NCBI GenBank assembly: GCA_963796965.1
Contig: CAWCNS010000004.1
Coordinates: forward strand, 1 to 64,000
DNA from: Calditrichia bacterium
GTDB lineage: Bacteria > Calditrichota > Calditrichia > JAJRVZ01
DNA: 64,000 nt
Direction of reading: 5' to 3'
This document shows, piece by piece, positions 9,753 to 19,629 of the stretch. How positions within the stretch are numbered: the first letter of the stretch is position 1; each line of letters begins with the position of its first letter. Both the position numbers and the translations under genes were made by a program. The notes beneath the pieces are model-generated. The model was not told the origin of the DNA. It saw nothing but the letters and a program-made list of their open reading frames with translations, and ran no database searches.

Positions 9753-12271
9753 ATGCCCGATCCCACATTCAATATCTATGCTATCGGTCATGCCCATCTT
9801 GATCCCGTTTGGCAATGGACAAAAAAAGAAGGGTATCAGGAGGTTTTCGCAACCTTTCGTTCGGCATTAGACAGAATGAAGGAATTCCCATCTGTCTGTT
9901 TTGTTGCCAGTTCGGCACAATTCTATGAGTGGGTTGCTGAGGCATCACCGGAAATGTTCGACGAAATAAAAGTTCATGTACAGGAAGGCCGATGGATCCT
10001 GGTGGGGGGGTGGTGGATTGAATCCGATATTAACTGTTGTACAGGTGAATCATTGGTGAGACAGGGTCTCTATGGTCAAAAGTTTTTCAATAAACATTTT
10101 GGCAAAACAGCGCAGATGGGATTTTCGCCTGATACTTTCGGGCATGCCTGGACACTTCCACAGATATTAAAAAAGCAGGAGATGGATTCTTACTTCTACA
10201 TGCGCCCGGAACCTCACGAAAAAAATGATTTGCCGGCACCCTTATTTATTTGGGAAGGTTCTGATGGAAGTAAAGTTCTTGCCGTCTCGATTTTTACATC
10301 ATATACTGCTGCTGCAGGTGATATTGAAGAAAGAATTGATGAATATATCAATCGATTTTCTCAAACGCTGCCGGATGTAAAAGATATTGCCGTATTTTAT
10401 GGTGTGGGTAACCATGGGGGAGGGCCAACGATTGCTGTAATTGAAAAGATAAAAGAATTAGCTGATAGCCGGCTGCCGGGCATCCGTTTCGCTTCACCCG
10501 AAGAATATATCAACACAATTCGATTACGGGAAGATATATTGCCGACTTTTAGTGATGAACTCCAACATCATGCCCGCGGCTGTTACTCAGCTTGTGCCGA
10601 TGTTAAAATGTGGGATCGCCAAACATCATCGGCTCTTATTTATGCTGAAAAAATTTCATCACTCGCTTCCGTTTTAACAGATTATCAGTATCCACTGGAA
10701 TCTTTGACAATTTCCTGGAAGAAAGTTCTGTTTAACCAGTTTCATGATATTCTCGCCGGTACTTCCATCGAAGAAGCCTATAAGGAGGCGGGTATGGATT
10801 ATGGATATGCCAGGTCTGTAGCACAAGATGTTATCATGAAGGCGATGCTCTCCTTAAGTTTAAAGATTAATACGCTGAACTCAGAATTCCGCTTATCTTC
10901 TCCCTTTATTGTTTTTAATCCCTGTTCATGGCCGGTAGGTACCTATGTTGAGTTTGAGACAGAACTGACGGATCTCAATTCCTGCGGTGTTGAGAATACA
11001 GCATTTAGAAATTCAGTTAGCGATAGCTTCCAAAAAGATAAAGTTCTTCTTCGGGATTCAGATGGTAATTCCATACCCTGTCAATTAGTGGGTACCGCGG
11101 CTGCAAAGCAGGAAAATCGCCCGTTCAGGATTAGAATTCTGTTTAAATCTGAAATTCCGGCTATGGGATATCATGTTTACCGGCTAGATTTTAGTAAAAC
11201 AGAAGATCCCTTAAGACCGGAAGGATTAATACTCACAGAACACACAATGGAAAATAGTTTGGTTCGGGTTGAATTTGACAGAAAAACCGGTGCGATACGC
11301 TCATATTTTGATAAGACCCTCAATCGTGAACTGTTCAAAGATCCCGGAGCCTTACCGATTGTTCTCGAAGATTGGGATGATACCTGGGGACATAAAATTA
11401 AAGCGTATGACAAAGAGATCGGATGTTTTAAGAATCCAACTTTTAAGACCGTTGAAAACGGTCCTGAGCGTATACGCCTCCAGGTGAAATCCATTTGGGG
11501 AGATTCATTTATTGTCCAGGATTTTTCCTTATACAGGGAATCATCGGAACTGGAATGTAAACTGACGGTTAACTGGCATGAGAAATATCGGGTATTGAAA
11601 TTGAGCTTTCCTACAGTTTTAGAAAATGGAAAATGCACCTACGCCATACCATACGGATTTATTGAAAGAGATATGAACGGTGATGAAGAACCAGGACAGG
11701 AATGGATTGATGTGAGTAGCAGAGATGAAAATGAGGGCTTTGGCTTTAGCCATAATTAATGATAGTAAATGCGGTTATAGTGTAAAAAACGGCGATATCA
11801 GGCTTACAATATTTCATAGTACCGCCTGGTGTCATCACAATCCGGTGGTTGTGACAGAGCAAGATGCATGCCGGTATATGGAACAAGGGATCCATGAGTT
11901 TAAATACAAATTAATACCGCATTCCGGAGATTGGAAACAGGCAAATATCTCACACCGGAGCCGAAAAATTTTTGTTGCCTCCACTTGTCTTTCATGCCAA
12001 TCCACATGAAGGTGTACTGCCAGACCGAAATGGATTTTTATCGACCAATTTAAACAATGTGTCAATAACTGTTGTTAAACGGGCTGAAGATCGGGAGGGT
12101 CTTATTTTACGATGTGTTGAATTATATGGTTTATCTGCCCGGGGAAAAGTCGAATTGAAAATGCTAAACAGAGACTTCCGGATTGATATGTCTCCCTGTG
12201 AGATCAAATCCCTGTTTGTACCTTTCGATCAGCGGGAAAAAGTTTGTGAAGTTAATCTTCTTGAGAATTAA
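9753..12271 (+). CDS. Alpha-mannosidase, glycoside hydrolase family 38 (two frameshifts near the 3' end)
   Basis: IGHAHLDPVWQW, PDTFGH, YGVGNHGGGPT, LFNQFHDILAGTSI. The C-terminal parts (NDSKCGYSV; VKRAED...LILRCVE) are in ORFs 11725-12009 and 11972-12271. Confidence 0.93.
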
Positions 12272-12393
12272 TAATTCATACATTTATTTTAAAGACTATT
12301 TCCTTAGGGCTAAGATTTTTTAATGTAGGTTTTATATTAGGATTGTCGCCTGGATTTTGACCGTGGCCTGATTTCGGTAATATAAATTACTTT

Positions 12394-12665
12394 GTATGTG
12401 TAGATATACAATATCTATGTCTGTGGATTCGTGGACCATTTGACTATCGATTGGCGGGTGCGATATGCAGGGACTGCGGGGTCGGTAATGCATGGAGATC
12501 GTACCCGAATGTGCGTAGAGATCATACCCGGATGTGCATAGATGGGGTACCCCCGGGTGCATGTATAGAGGACCTCTGAATCTCTGTTTCAGACTTCGGC
12601 GTATGCATAGATTGACATCATAGCGTATGTCATGGATGCCCCGGTAGGGCTGGATCAATAAAGTC
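12394..12665. repeat. Degenerate 23-bp-period tandem array 1
   Basis: Cores ATGTGTAGAT, GTCTGTGGAT, GACTATCGAT, ATGCAGGGAC, ATGCATGGAG, GTGCGTAGAG, GTGCATAGAT, GTGCATGTAT at 12396, 12419, 12442, 12465, 12488, 12511, 12534, 12557, then ATGCATAGAT at 12603. Confidence 0.65.
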
Positions 12666-12829
12666 CCATTTGGGGCTTGGGGTGGTATACAGTTAATCCT
12701 ATATGCCCGGGTCTGGCTTTTTTATTGCCGGACCCTTTATCATCTGTTACGTATACTGTTAAATTCCTCAAAGAACGGAAATAGAATTCCCCACGCGATA
12801 AAGAACCCTGATGGATCCCCTTATAATTT

Positions 12830-13486
12830 TTAATGGATCGTATCAGTTAAACCAAACAGATCAAATGGCGGCACTTTAAAGAAATCATGAAATAAAACGA
12901 CTGTAAGATAAATATAGATTACAAATCCAAAAACAATCAGCCATTGCATTTTAGAAGTTTTTTGAATTTCCTGCCTGTCTTTCAATTCACAGATCTCACC
13001 CGGACAGTATTGTGCTTTTTCTTTATAAATCCATTTATAAGACAGACATCCCAGGCAAATGCCAAAAGCCGCTTCAAAAAATAAAAATATAAGACAGATA
13101 AAACAGATTAATCCGGTTATCGGGCTGAAAGAGTTGACGATCACCTGCAGAATTAACATGGTTAATCCCAATATAATTCCTATAATCCAGGCAAATTTTT
13201 TCTGTTTGGCTCCAACATATTCCGGTACCTGTTTCCTTACAATAAATCGGCCGATTATCAGAGTTGGCGCATATTTTGGATTAATAAAAACCCGGATGAC
13301 CATATCGGTTAAAAACAGGAGGATCGCGTATTTTAACAATACAAAGTCCTGAAACTGAGCCGCCCGTTGTATGGCGATAAACATAAGTAGAAAAAGAATG
13401 CCGGCTGCAGCTCTTATTTCCCGTTCATTTAAAACAGGAATCTGATATCCCGCAACATTCTCTCCAAAATTTTTGATTTTCTTCAT
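12830..13486 (-). CDS. DUF4395-family membrane protein
   Basis: LNEREIRAAAG, GAKQKKFAW, LFFEAAFGICLGC, YCPGEICE motifs. Confidence 0.8.
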   Translation of the reverse strand: MKKIKNFGENVAGYQIPVLNEREIRAAAGILFLLMFIAIQRAAQFQDFVLLKYAILLFLTDMVIRVFINPKYAPTLIIGRFIVRKQVPEYVGAKQKKFAWIIGIILGLTMLILQVIVNSFSPITGLICFICLIFLFFEAAFGICLGCLSYKWIYKEKAQYCPGEICELKDRQEIQKTSKMQWLIVFGFVIYIYLTVVLFHDFFKVPPFDLFGLTDTIH

Positions 13487-13757
13487 TTTTATCCTTCTGA
13501 GTTAAATATCCCTTACCGCTTCAACTTAAAAGAAATATCAGAATATTCCATTTATAATCTTTTGGATTTTCTATATGGTTTTCAGTATAAAAATTAATTT
13601 ATGAATTTAAGATATTTCCGGCAAGGGTGAGTTCATTCAATCAAGTCCCAAAAACATTACACTGAAATAATCAATTGATACGCGTACATTTTATAAGATC
13701 CACTTCAGTTTAAACCGGACACTGAACTCAGATATGTAATAATATTGTCTAATTATA

Positions 13758-13786
13758 TTGACATTGTACATATACTGGTGTAATAT
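13758..13786 (+). promoter_or_regulatory. Sigma70-type promoter of the TA operon, probably leaderless
   Basis: TTGACA-N17-TAATAT ending 5 nt before the ATG at 13792, with no room for an RBS. Confidence 0.65.
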
Positions 13787-13791
13787 AAAGC

Positions 13792-14049
13792 ATGATTTAC
13801 TGGGATGAAGATAAAAATACCAAATTAATCACGGAACGGGGTATTTCATTTGATGAAATTTCGGAAATAATTCTGCGGGAAGAATATCTGGATATTCTTG
13901 AAAATCCGAATAAAGAAAATCAGATGATCTTCATAGTTCGGTTAAAAAATTATATCTATGTTGTCCCGTTTATCATAGATGATAATGACGATTTGATTTT
14001 AAAAACGGCTTTTCCAAGCAGGAAATTCAATAGAATTTATGGAGAATAA
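13792..14049 (+). CDS. BrnT-like type II toxin
   Basis: WDEDKNTKLITERGISFDEI...YIYVVPF...LKTAFPSRK. Confidence 0.85.
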   Translation: MIYWDEDKNTKLITERGISFDEISEIILREEYLDILENPNKENQMIFIVRLKNYIYVVPFIIDDNDDLILKTAFPSRKFNRIYGE

Positions 14050-14051
14050 TC

Positions 14052-14345
14052 ATGAAAAATATAAAACTGGATAACTTTGAGAAAAGTGTCGAGGACAACG
14101 CGGAACAGTATAAAAAGGCTTCCGATAAAAACCGGCAGAGAGTTAAAAAAATTATATCAAAAACGAATGAGAAGAACAGAGTTACACTTCGTCTGAGTAA
14201 TCAAACCCTGGAACGAATCAAACGTAAAGCACAGGAGGAAGGTTTACCATATCAGACGCTTATATCGAGTATTTTACATAAATTTGCTAATGATAAACTT
14301 ATCGACGAAAAACATATCAGGCAATCAATCCGTCTCTTAAAATAA
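14052..14345 (+). CDS. CopG/BrnA-like ribbon-helix-helix antitoxin
   Basis: RVTLRLS...IKRKAQEEGLPYQTLISSILHKF; starts 2 nt after the toxin. Confidence 0.85.
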   Translation: MKNIKLDNFEKSVEDNAEQYKKASDKNRQRVKKIISKTNEKNRVTLRLSNQTLERIKRKAQEEGLPYQTLISSILHKFANDKLIDEKHIRQSIRLLK

Positions 14346-14534
14346 TGTTCGAAGAAGAATCAGACCGCAATTTTTCTGGTCTAATTCTTTCTGAAGCAGA
14401 ATGTTTTGCTTCGCAGCCTCTCACAAAAATGAAAACAAATTATTAAGGTATGGCCGAAAAATTAAGTTTATTTCCTTTTAAATAATGAGTATTAAAATAA
14501 AAAAAATACATACAGTTCAATTAAAAATAACCCC

Positions 14535-16850
14535 ATGGATAACTTAAACAGTACTTTTAAAGATGCGTATAAATTTACTATCAGTATTTTTACCCCCCTC
14601 TTTTTATGTCTCGTATCAATCTTTCATTGTAATTGCTCAAGCCAATCGCAAGTAGATTACAGGACCGAGTATTTTAAGATTAAGATTGATGAACGAGGTT
14701 TTATCCGCAGTATGCAAAACGTAACGATAAACCCTCATTGGGAGTTTAGCCCTCAAGATAAACCATCGCCATTAATGTGTTTGTATAGTAGTGTCGAGAA
14801 GAAGTATTACAAACCGCAATTGGCAATTTTTGATAATGAAGAAAACAGAATTTTCTTAAGTTATTCAAATGGTTCAAAGGCAGAAATAGTGATTGACCCT
14901 AAAAATAAGTATTTAAAATTAACACTTCTCTCTTTGTCGACGCGCAATGGAATTGATGATATACAATGGGGTTTGTACCATACCAATATTACAAATCTAC
15001 TGGGGGAAATCATTGGTGTGGCACGCGACACCAGCGAGACGGTAAATTATGCCATCGGAATTCTGGCACTTGACGACAATACGCTCGGAGGTGTTTCCAC
15101 AACAGTGGCAGATGCGGCTCCCTTTCAATATATTATCCACTCTCCCGACCCCAAGCGATTTTCTTTACCGGACAGTTTATACGAAGGACAGATTTTTACG
15201 CTGGGTGGTGATGGTATCAGCGATGTGGCTTTTTATGCCCACAAAGAACCCTGGTACAGGATCATGTATGGTAATGCTGCTTTGGTTGACGACAAAGGGA
15301 GAATATCCATTTCTTACCATTCCAGGGACAGGACATTTGATCGGGAAGTTTACTATTCGTTAATCCCAAATATGGCAGCTAATACGCCTAACCATATTCA
15401 GGTTCAGCCCGTGGATGAAGACTATATCGGCTCTTCGATCGCATTATGGGGAAGCCCTGACAGTACCGCATTAATGGATGTAATTCAGGAGATCGTATTG
15501 TCAGAAGGATTACCTTATCCCACGATAAACGGTAAATGGGTGAAAGATCCTGTTGCCTATGTACCGGATGTTCTTACCAGAGGAGCTTTGTATGATAGTA
15601 TTATTCACTATACATCACGCCTGGGGTTTGAATCCATAAGTTTATACGATCAGGGGTTTCTTCGCCCCGATCGTGGAAATGAAGGTTTTATTGATGGAAA
15701 AGATTTTGAAAAAAAGCCGATTAAATTAACTGCAGGAAATAAATCGCATAAAGAATTTGCCGAAATGGCTGCAAAATATGGAATTACTATAGGGAGAACA
15801 CCTATTACAAATTCCCTCGCTCCCGGCACCAAAGATGCCAGCCCCGTACCAAGCGACAGTCTGTGTTATCAGCAAAAACGTTTGCTGAAAAAAAGTATCA
15901 GCCCAACGGATACGATCATCTTCGTTGACGACCCAACCCACCTTGATGAAATTGCCAGCTGGGAAGGACATTGCGAAAATCTGAATATAATAAAAATCGG
16001 TAAGGAGCTCATTCACTATCTCGGTGTTTCAGATAGAGAGCCTTACCGGCTTTTAAATGTTAAGCGTGGCTACTGGGACACCAAACCAACCAATCACCTG
16101 GCAAACGACACCATTTACAAACTTCAGGTAACCTTAAATTATGGTTACGATGGATTGATTCCAAATATGGAGCTTCAGGATGAAATTGCTAAATACTATG
16201 CTGATGTTTGTTTTATTAACGGTTTAGGCTACTATGACTTCGACGGACAGGAATTCTTGTTTAATAACGGGCACGGCTATTACTCTGCAAAACGATTCTT
16301 CCGTAAGATGTTTGAAAAAGCAGCAGAACATGGTTTACCACACATCAGGTTTACTGGGGCTACCTTGTCTGAAGGGTCATGGCATTATCAAAGTATCTGG
16401 AACGTTGGCGGCGGCAAAAACCTGTACGATCTTAACACCCGCGAATGGGGCAGCACCACCAGCCAGGGGAAAGACCTTCGTGATGTAACATTTTCCAACT
16501 TTTTCCCGGCAAGTATGGGAAGTAATTTTCCTATTCAAGCCAACTCAACAGTTGAGCAGTACGAGCATATTCAGACTATTTCTGTGGGTGTAGGTGCAAC
16601 ATATAGTCTCGTCTTAAACCAGAAAGACGTTGAAAGCTGTCCTCAGAAGGATGCCATCTTCAAAGTTATTCAAACCTGGGAAAATGCACGTGCAGCAAAC
16701 GCCTTTCCTAGAAGATTAAAAAAAATATTGGCAGATCCAAAAAGAGATTGGACGTTGGAAGAAATTGACAAGAACACCTGGAAATTATATGAGATAAAAA
16801 ATGGTGTAAAATTAAGCCCAAAAGTTTTAACAAGAGCTGAAGAATATTAA
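14535..16850 (+). CDS. Large exported hypothetical protein, possibly carbohydrate-active
   Basis: Intact 771-aa ORF with an N-terminal hydrophobic segment ending in Cys residues (possible lipoprotein) and a central YYDFDGQE motif. Family not recognised. Confidence 0.6.
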   Translation: MDNLNSTFKDAYKFTISIFTPLFLCLVSIFHCNCSSQSQVDYRTEYFKIKIDERGFIRSMQNVTINPHWEFSPQDKPSPLMCLYSSVEKKYYKPQLAIFDNEENRIFLSYSNGSKAEIVIDPKNKYLKLTLLSLSTRNGIDDIQWGLYHTNITNLLGEIIGVARDTSETVNYAIGILALDDNTLGGVSTTVADAAPFQYIIHSPDPKRFSLPDSLYEGQIFTLGGDGISDVAFYAHKEPWYRIMYGNAALVDDKGRISISYHSRDRTFDREVYYSLIPNMAANTPNHIQVQPVDEDYIGSSIALWGSPDSTALMDVIQEIVLSEGLPYPTINGKWVKDPVAYVPDVLTRGALYDSIIHYTSRLGFESISLYDQGFLRPDRGNEGFIDGKDFEKKPIKLTAGNKSHKEFAEMAAKYGITIGRTPITNSLAPGTKDASPVPSDSLCYQQKRLLKKSISPTDTIIFVDDPTHLDEIASWEGHCENLNIIKIGKELIHYLGVSDREPYRLLNVKRGYWDTKPTNHLANDTIYKLQVTLNYGYDGLIPNMELQDEIAKYYADVCFINGLGYYDFDGQEFLFNNGHGYYSAKRFFRKMFEKAAEHGLPHIRFTGATLSEGSWHYQSIWNVGGGKNLYDLNTREWGSTTSQGKDLRDVTFSNFFPASMGSNFPIQANSTVEQYEHIQTISVGVGATYSLVLNQKDVESCPQKDAIFKVIQTWENARAANAFPRRLKKILADPKRDWTLEEIDKNTWKLYEIKNGVKLSPKVLTRAEEY

Positions 16851-16898
16851 TTTTACCGAAATTGATACAATTAGTAAAGTAAATACAAACTAACAATT

Positions 16899-17090
16899 AT
16901 GATTAATAAAATATTTTCAACAATAGTGTTCTTTTTCTTAGTCATTATCCTCTACCCTGCTGTGGCTTTAGGGCAAAACAATAAATGGATCGCAACTCCT
17001 ACAAATGCTCCAGCCGTTGCGCCACCAGTCGCCACACCACGATATACATCATTACAATTTTACAAATTTTCGTATGTACATCCCCACTAA
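16899..17090 (+). pseudogene. Signal-peptide-bearing N-terminal fragment
   Basis: MINKIFSTIVFFFLVIILYPAVALGQ, then the ORF ends after 63 aa in a patchwork region. Confidence 0.4.
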
Positions 17091-17302
17091 AACGGATTTC
17101 TTATAATTTTCCTTTGCATATGCCTCGTTGAATTGCTGATCCAGTTGCTGCAAAATTTCTTTGTACGCCGGATCGTATGCGGGTTGGTTTGCCTTAATTC
17201 TCAAACGTTTCTGTAACCAGGCATCTTTCACGTAATATCAAAATTATTTGGAATATACCTAATATCCCATTGTGGTTAGAGTCTAAAAATATCATAAGGT
17301 TC

Positions 17303-17512
17303 CGTTTTTTGGACAGAGGCTGAATCAGCCGCTGCTCTTAATCATCTTAATATTGTAACTATTCATGAAATTATTATAGTTGAAAACTGGAAATGTATTG
17401 TTATGGAAAATGTAGATAGCAAATCACTCAGAACGGGATAAATGAACAGGAATTAACGATGGATGAAATTCTAAATATTACCAACCAAATCTGTGCAGGT
17501 ATATCAGAAGCA
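17303..17512 (+). pseudogene. Internal remnant of a Ser/Thr protein kinase
   Basis: Manual translation EAESAAALNHLNIVTIHEI...IVMENVDSKSLR* / ELTMDEILNITNQICAGISEA aligns with the kinase at 31946 (EAKAASALDHPNICSIYEI...GKSLK...LTIKEVIDYAIQIARGLEKA). Confidence 0.75.
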
Positions 17513-17735
17513 AATAGGAGTAATATTGTACTTTGAGATATTTCACCGAACCCTATGTTTTCGTAAACAATGTATACTGTACTGTAAACAAAGTTTACAG
17601 AATCTGCCCATCACAACAGCAATTTGTGTTTTCCGGGCCGGTTTTATGGCATTGGCACAGGAGTTGTACCTTTCAGGGTAAGGATATCCAGATTAAGATT
17701 AAGATCAGGCTTATGATTTTAGGAAAGGAGATATC

Positions 17736-18689
17736 ATGGAAAAGCAAAAGATAAGAACTACGCTATTCAGATTGTTAATCATTATCCTGATGGCGGGAAT
17801 GGCACAGGATGCACTGGCCCAACGTACGGTTTTACGAAGCGGGCAGCGTAACGATCAAAAACGTTCAGCACGCACGACGTTAAAGAAGGATAAGATCGTA
17901 AAACAATCCGGCAAAAAGGGGGTACAAAAAAACCGCACATCAAAATCCGTTCACACAGAGGCGAGGTATTCAAAAAATGAAAATCGGAAAAAGGGCTACC
18001 AGGATTCTAAAAATGTGCGGAAAGACCGTATATCAAGATCCGATCGCACAAAGACGAGGTATTCAAAAAAGGAAAATCGGAAAAATCTCTACCGGGATTC
18101 TAAAAAGGAAGGGAAAGCATATAACAGAGATGGAAAACATACCTCTAAGTACAGGGATTCTAAAAAGAATGGGAGATCATATAAAAAAGATAAAAAGAAT
18201 GCCTATAAACACCGGGATAAGAAACGCCATTATCCCACTAAAAAGAAATGGCACCACAGCCACTACCGTAAACCTGCATGGGTGGATTATCACCGGCCGG
18301 GATACCGCTATCCGAGAATCGGGATGCATGTGTCATTGCTGCCGCATGGTTATTTTTCCTTGCAAATCGGCCATTTCCGGTTTTATGCCTACCGGGGTGT
18401 TTACTACTGCTATGATCCGGCACTGCGGGTTTATGTCGTGGTGAATAAACCGAGGATTGAAACCTGGTATACATCGGCAACCTGGGACAGTATCACATTA
18501 ATGGACGGATCGACCATTGAAGGGGTTTATCTTTATACTGATAATGAAATGGTATTTTTCGAGGTCGGTGATGCGCTGCTGGAGATTCCCGATGAAGTGA
18601 GATCAAAATCCTGTCCTTATCCTAAAATTAACAGCGGAAGTATAACTGAAATTTTCCCCGTTTTTCCTCACCTGCCGGGCGGATCATAA
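17736..18689 (+). CDS. Secreted protein with Lys/Arg-rich repeats and a DUF6515-like domain
   Basis: AGGAG RBS and signal peptide (AQDALA|Q). Internal repeats RYSK.ENRK..Y.DSK, then LPHGY...FYAYRGVYY...YVVV. The 3' end is probably frameshifted. Confidence 0.65.
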   Translation: MEKQKIRTTLFRLLIIILMAGMAQDALAQRTVLRSGQRNDQKRSARTTLKKDKIVKQSGKKGVQKNRTSKSVHTEARYSKNENRKKGYQDSKNVRKDRISRSDRTKTRYSKKENRKNLYRDSKKEGKAYNRDGKHTSKYRDSKKNGRSYKKDKKNAYKHRDKKRHYPTKKKWHHSHYRKPAWVDYHRPGYRYPRIGMHVSLLPHGYFSLQIGHFRFYAYRGVYYCYDPALRVYVVVNKPRIETWYTSATWDSITLMDGSTIEGVYLYTDNEMVFFEVGDALLEIPDEVRSKSCPYPKINSGSITEIFPVFPHLPGGS

Positions 18690-18705
18690 TCCCGTCCGGC
18701 CTTTT
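18674..18705 (+). terminator. Intrinsic terminator
   Basis: gccgggcgg-atcataatc-ccgtccggc followed by cttttg. Confidence 0.6.
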
Positions 18706-18745
18706 GTGTAAACTCTAAGCACGAAACTCTAAATCCTAAATAATT

Positions 18746-18855
18746 TGTCAAGTCCTGAATTTAGTTGACAAATTTAATTAGTAGATGTAGTAATTTCTTT
18801 TTTCTTTTTTTGCTTCTTTTTTTCTTTTTTCTTTGTGAATATGTGAATAACTCAT
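18746..18855. mobile_element. IS/MITE end remnant
   Basis: Starts TGTCAAGTCCTGAATTTAGTTGACA (14-mer shared with 744-757), followed by a T-rich tract and gtgaatatgtgaataac. It replaces the distal arm of the neighbouring attC-like site. Confidence 0.45.
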
Positions 18856-18856
18856 T

Positions 18857-18964
18857 GCGGCGTGCCACGAAATTTTAGAGGCCACAAATGACTATGTTGA
18901 GCTACCATGCGTTTTCGCGTCCGCTTGTCCAAAGGATCCCTTCGGGGAAGCGATAGTTAGAAAT
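18857..18964 (-). mobile_element. Integron attC-like site, disrupted
   Basis: Minus strand: TTTCTAACTATCGCTTC[cccgaagggatcctttggac]AAGCGGACGCG...GCACGCCGC. The left arm is canonical once a 20-bp REP-like insert is removed; the right arm is missing. Confidence 0.65.
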
Positions 18965-19036
18965 ACCATTTTTTATTTGCTAAATTTTTAATCCGTGTTT
19001 ATCTTATTAAAGAATTACACACTAATATGTAGTTAA

Positions 19037-19216
19037 ATGACTAAGCGCGAAATTGACAAATTGTTAAAGAAGGCCGGTTTTTCCAAAAGATCCGGCGGTA
19101 AACACGATATCTGGATAAAAAGTGGATGTCCCCCAATTCCTGTTCCAAGACACAAATGAGACATCCCAATCGGTACTGCAAAAAGTATCCTGAAAGCAGC
19201 AGGATTGGAGAAATAG
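19037..19216 (+). pseudogene. hicA: HicA-family toxin with an in-frame TGA at codon 41
   Basis: Manual translation MTKREIDKLLKKAGFSKRSGGKHDIWIKSGCPPIPVPRHK*DIPIGTAKSILKAAGLEK; TGA at 19157-19159. Confidence 0.85.
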
Positions 19217-19218
19217 AA

Positions 19219-19629
19219 ATGAAATATTATTATGCAATTTTTAAACATAGCAAAGATACTGTTGAAGTTGATTTCCCAGACTTAGCTGGTTGTGTAACAT
19301 TTGGTAGTAATCGCGACGAAGCCTTAGAAAACGCAACAGACGTGTTAGCTGCCTGGTTGGCAAATGCCGAACCCCAGTTTGTAAATGAACCAAGTTCATA
19401 CCAGGAATTAAAGAATAAATATAAAAATGCTGATCTTATACCAATTGCATTAGATGAGCGAATTCTTGGATCATATGAGGAATTAAAAAGATTCAATGTA
19501 ATTTTCCCCTCAAGATTGCTGAAAAAAGTGGACGACTATAGAAAAAAAACCGGCCTTAAAAGATCTACTCTGCTGAAAATAGCCACTCAAGAATATCTTG
19601 AAAAACAAAAATCCTCATCAGTTCGTTGA
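19219..19629 (+). CDS. hicB: HicB-family antitoxin with C-terminal RHH
   Basis: YYAIF...VDFPDLAGCVTFGSNRDEALENATDVL and KRFNVIFPSRLLKKVD...RSTLL. Confidence 0.92.
   Translation: MKYYYAIFKHSKDTVEVDFPDLAGCVTFGSNRDEALENATDVLAAWLANAEPQFVNEPSSYQELKNKYKNADLIPIALDERILGSYEELKRFNVIFPSRLLKKVDDYRKKTGLKRSTLLKIATQEYLEKQKSSSVR

Noticed and set aside
12332..12658. 108-aa minus-strand ORF as a real gene
   Set aside because: No recognisable motif or RBS; it overlies the 23-bp array and is probably incidental.
17960..18230. DNA repeats in the Lys/Arg-rich gene as a non-coding array
   Set aside because: The repeats are in frame and encode RYSK.ENRK..Y.DSK peptide repeats.
19157..19159. TGA recoding (selenocysteine or TGA=Gly code) in hicA
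   Set aside because: The position is not a Cys-equivalent site, and other genes here end normally at TGA (for example 19629, 31044, 34286).
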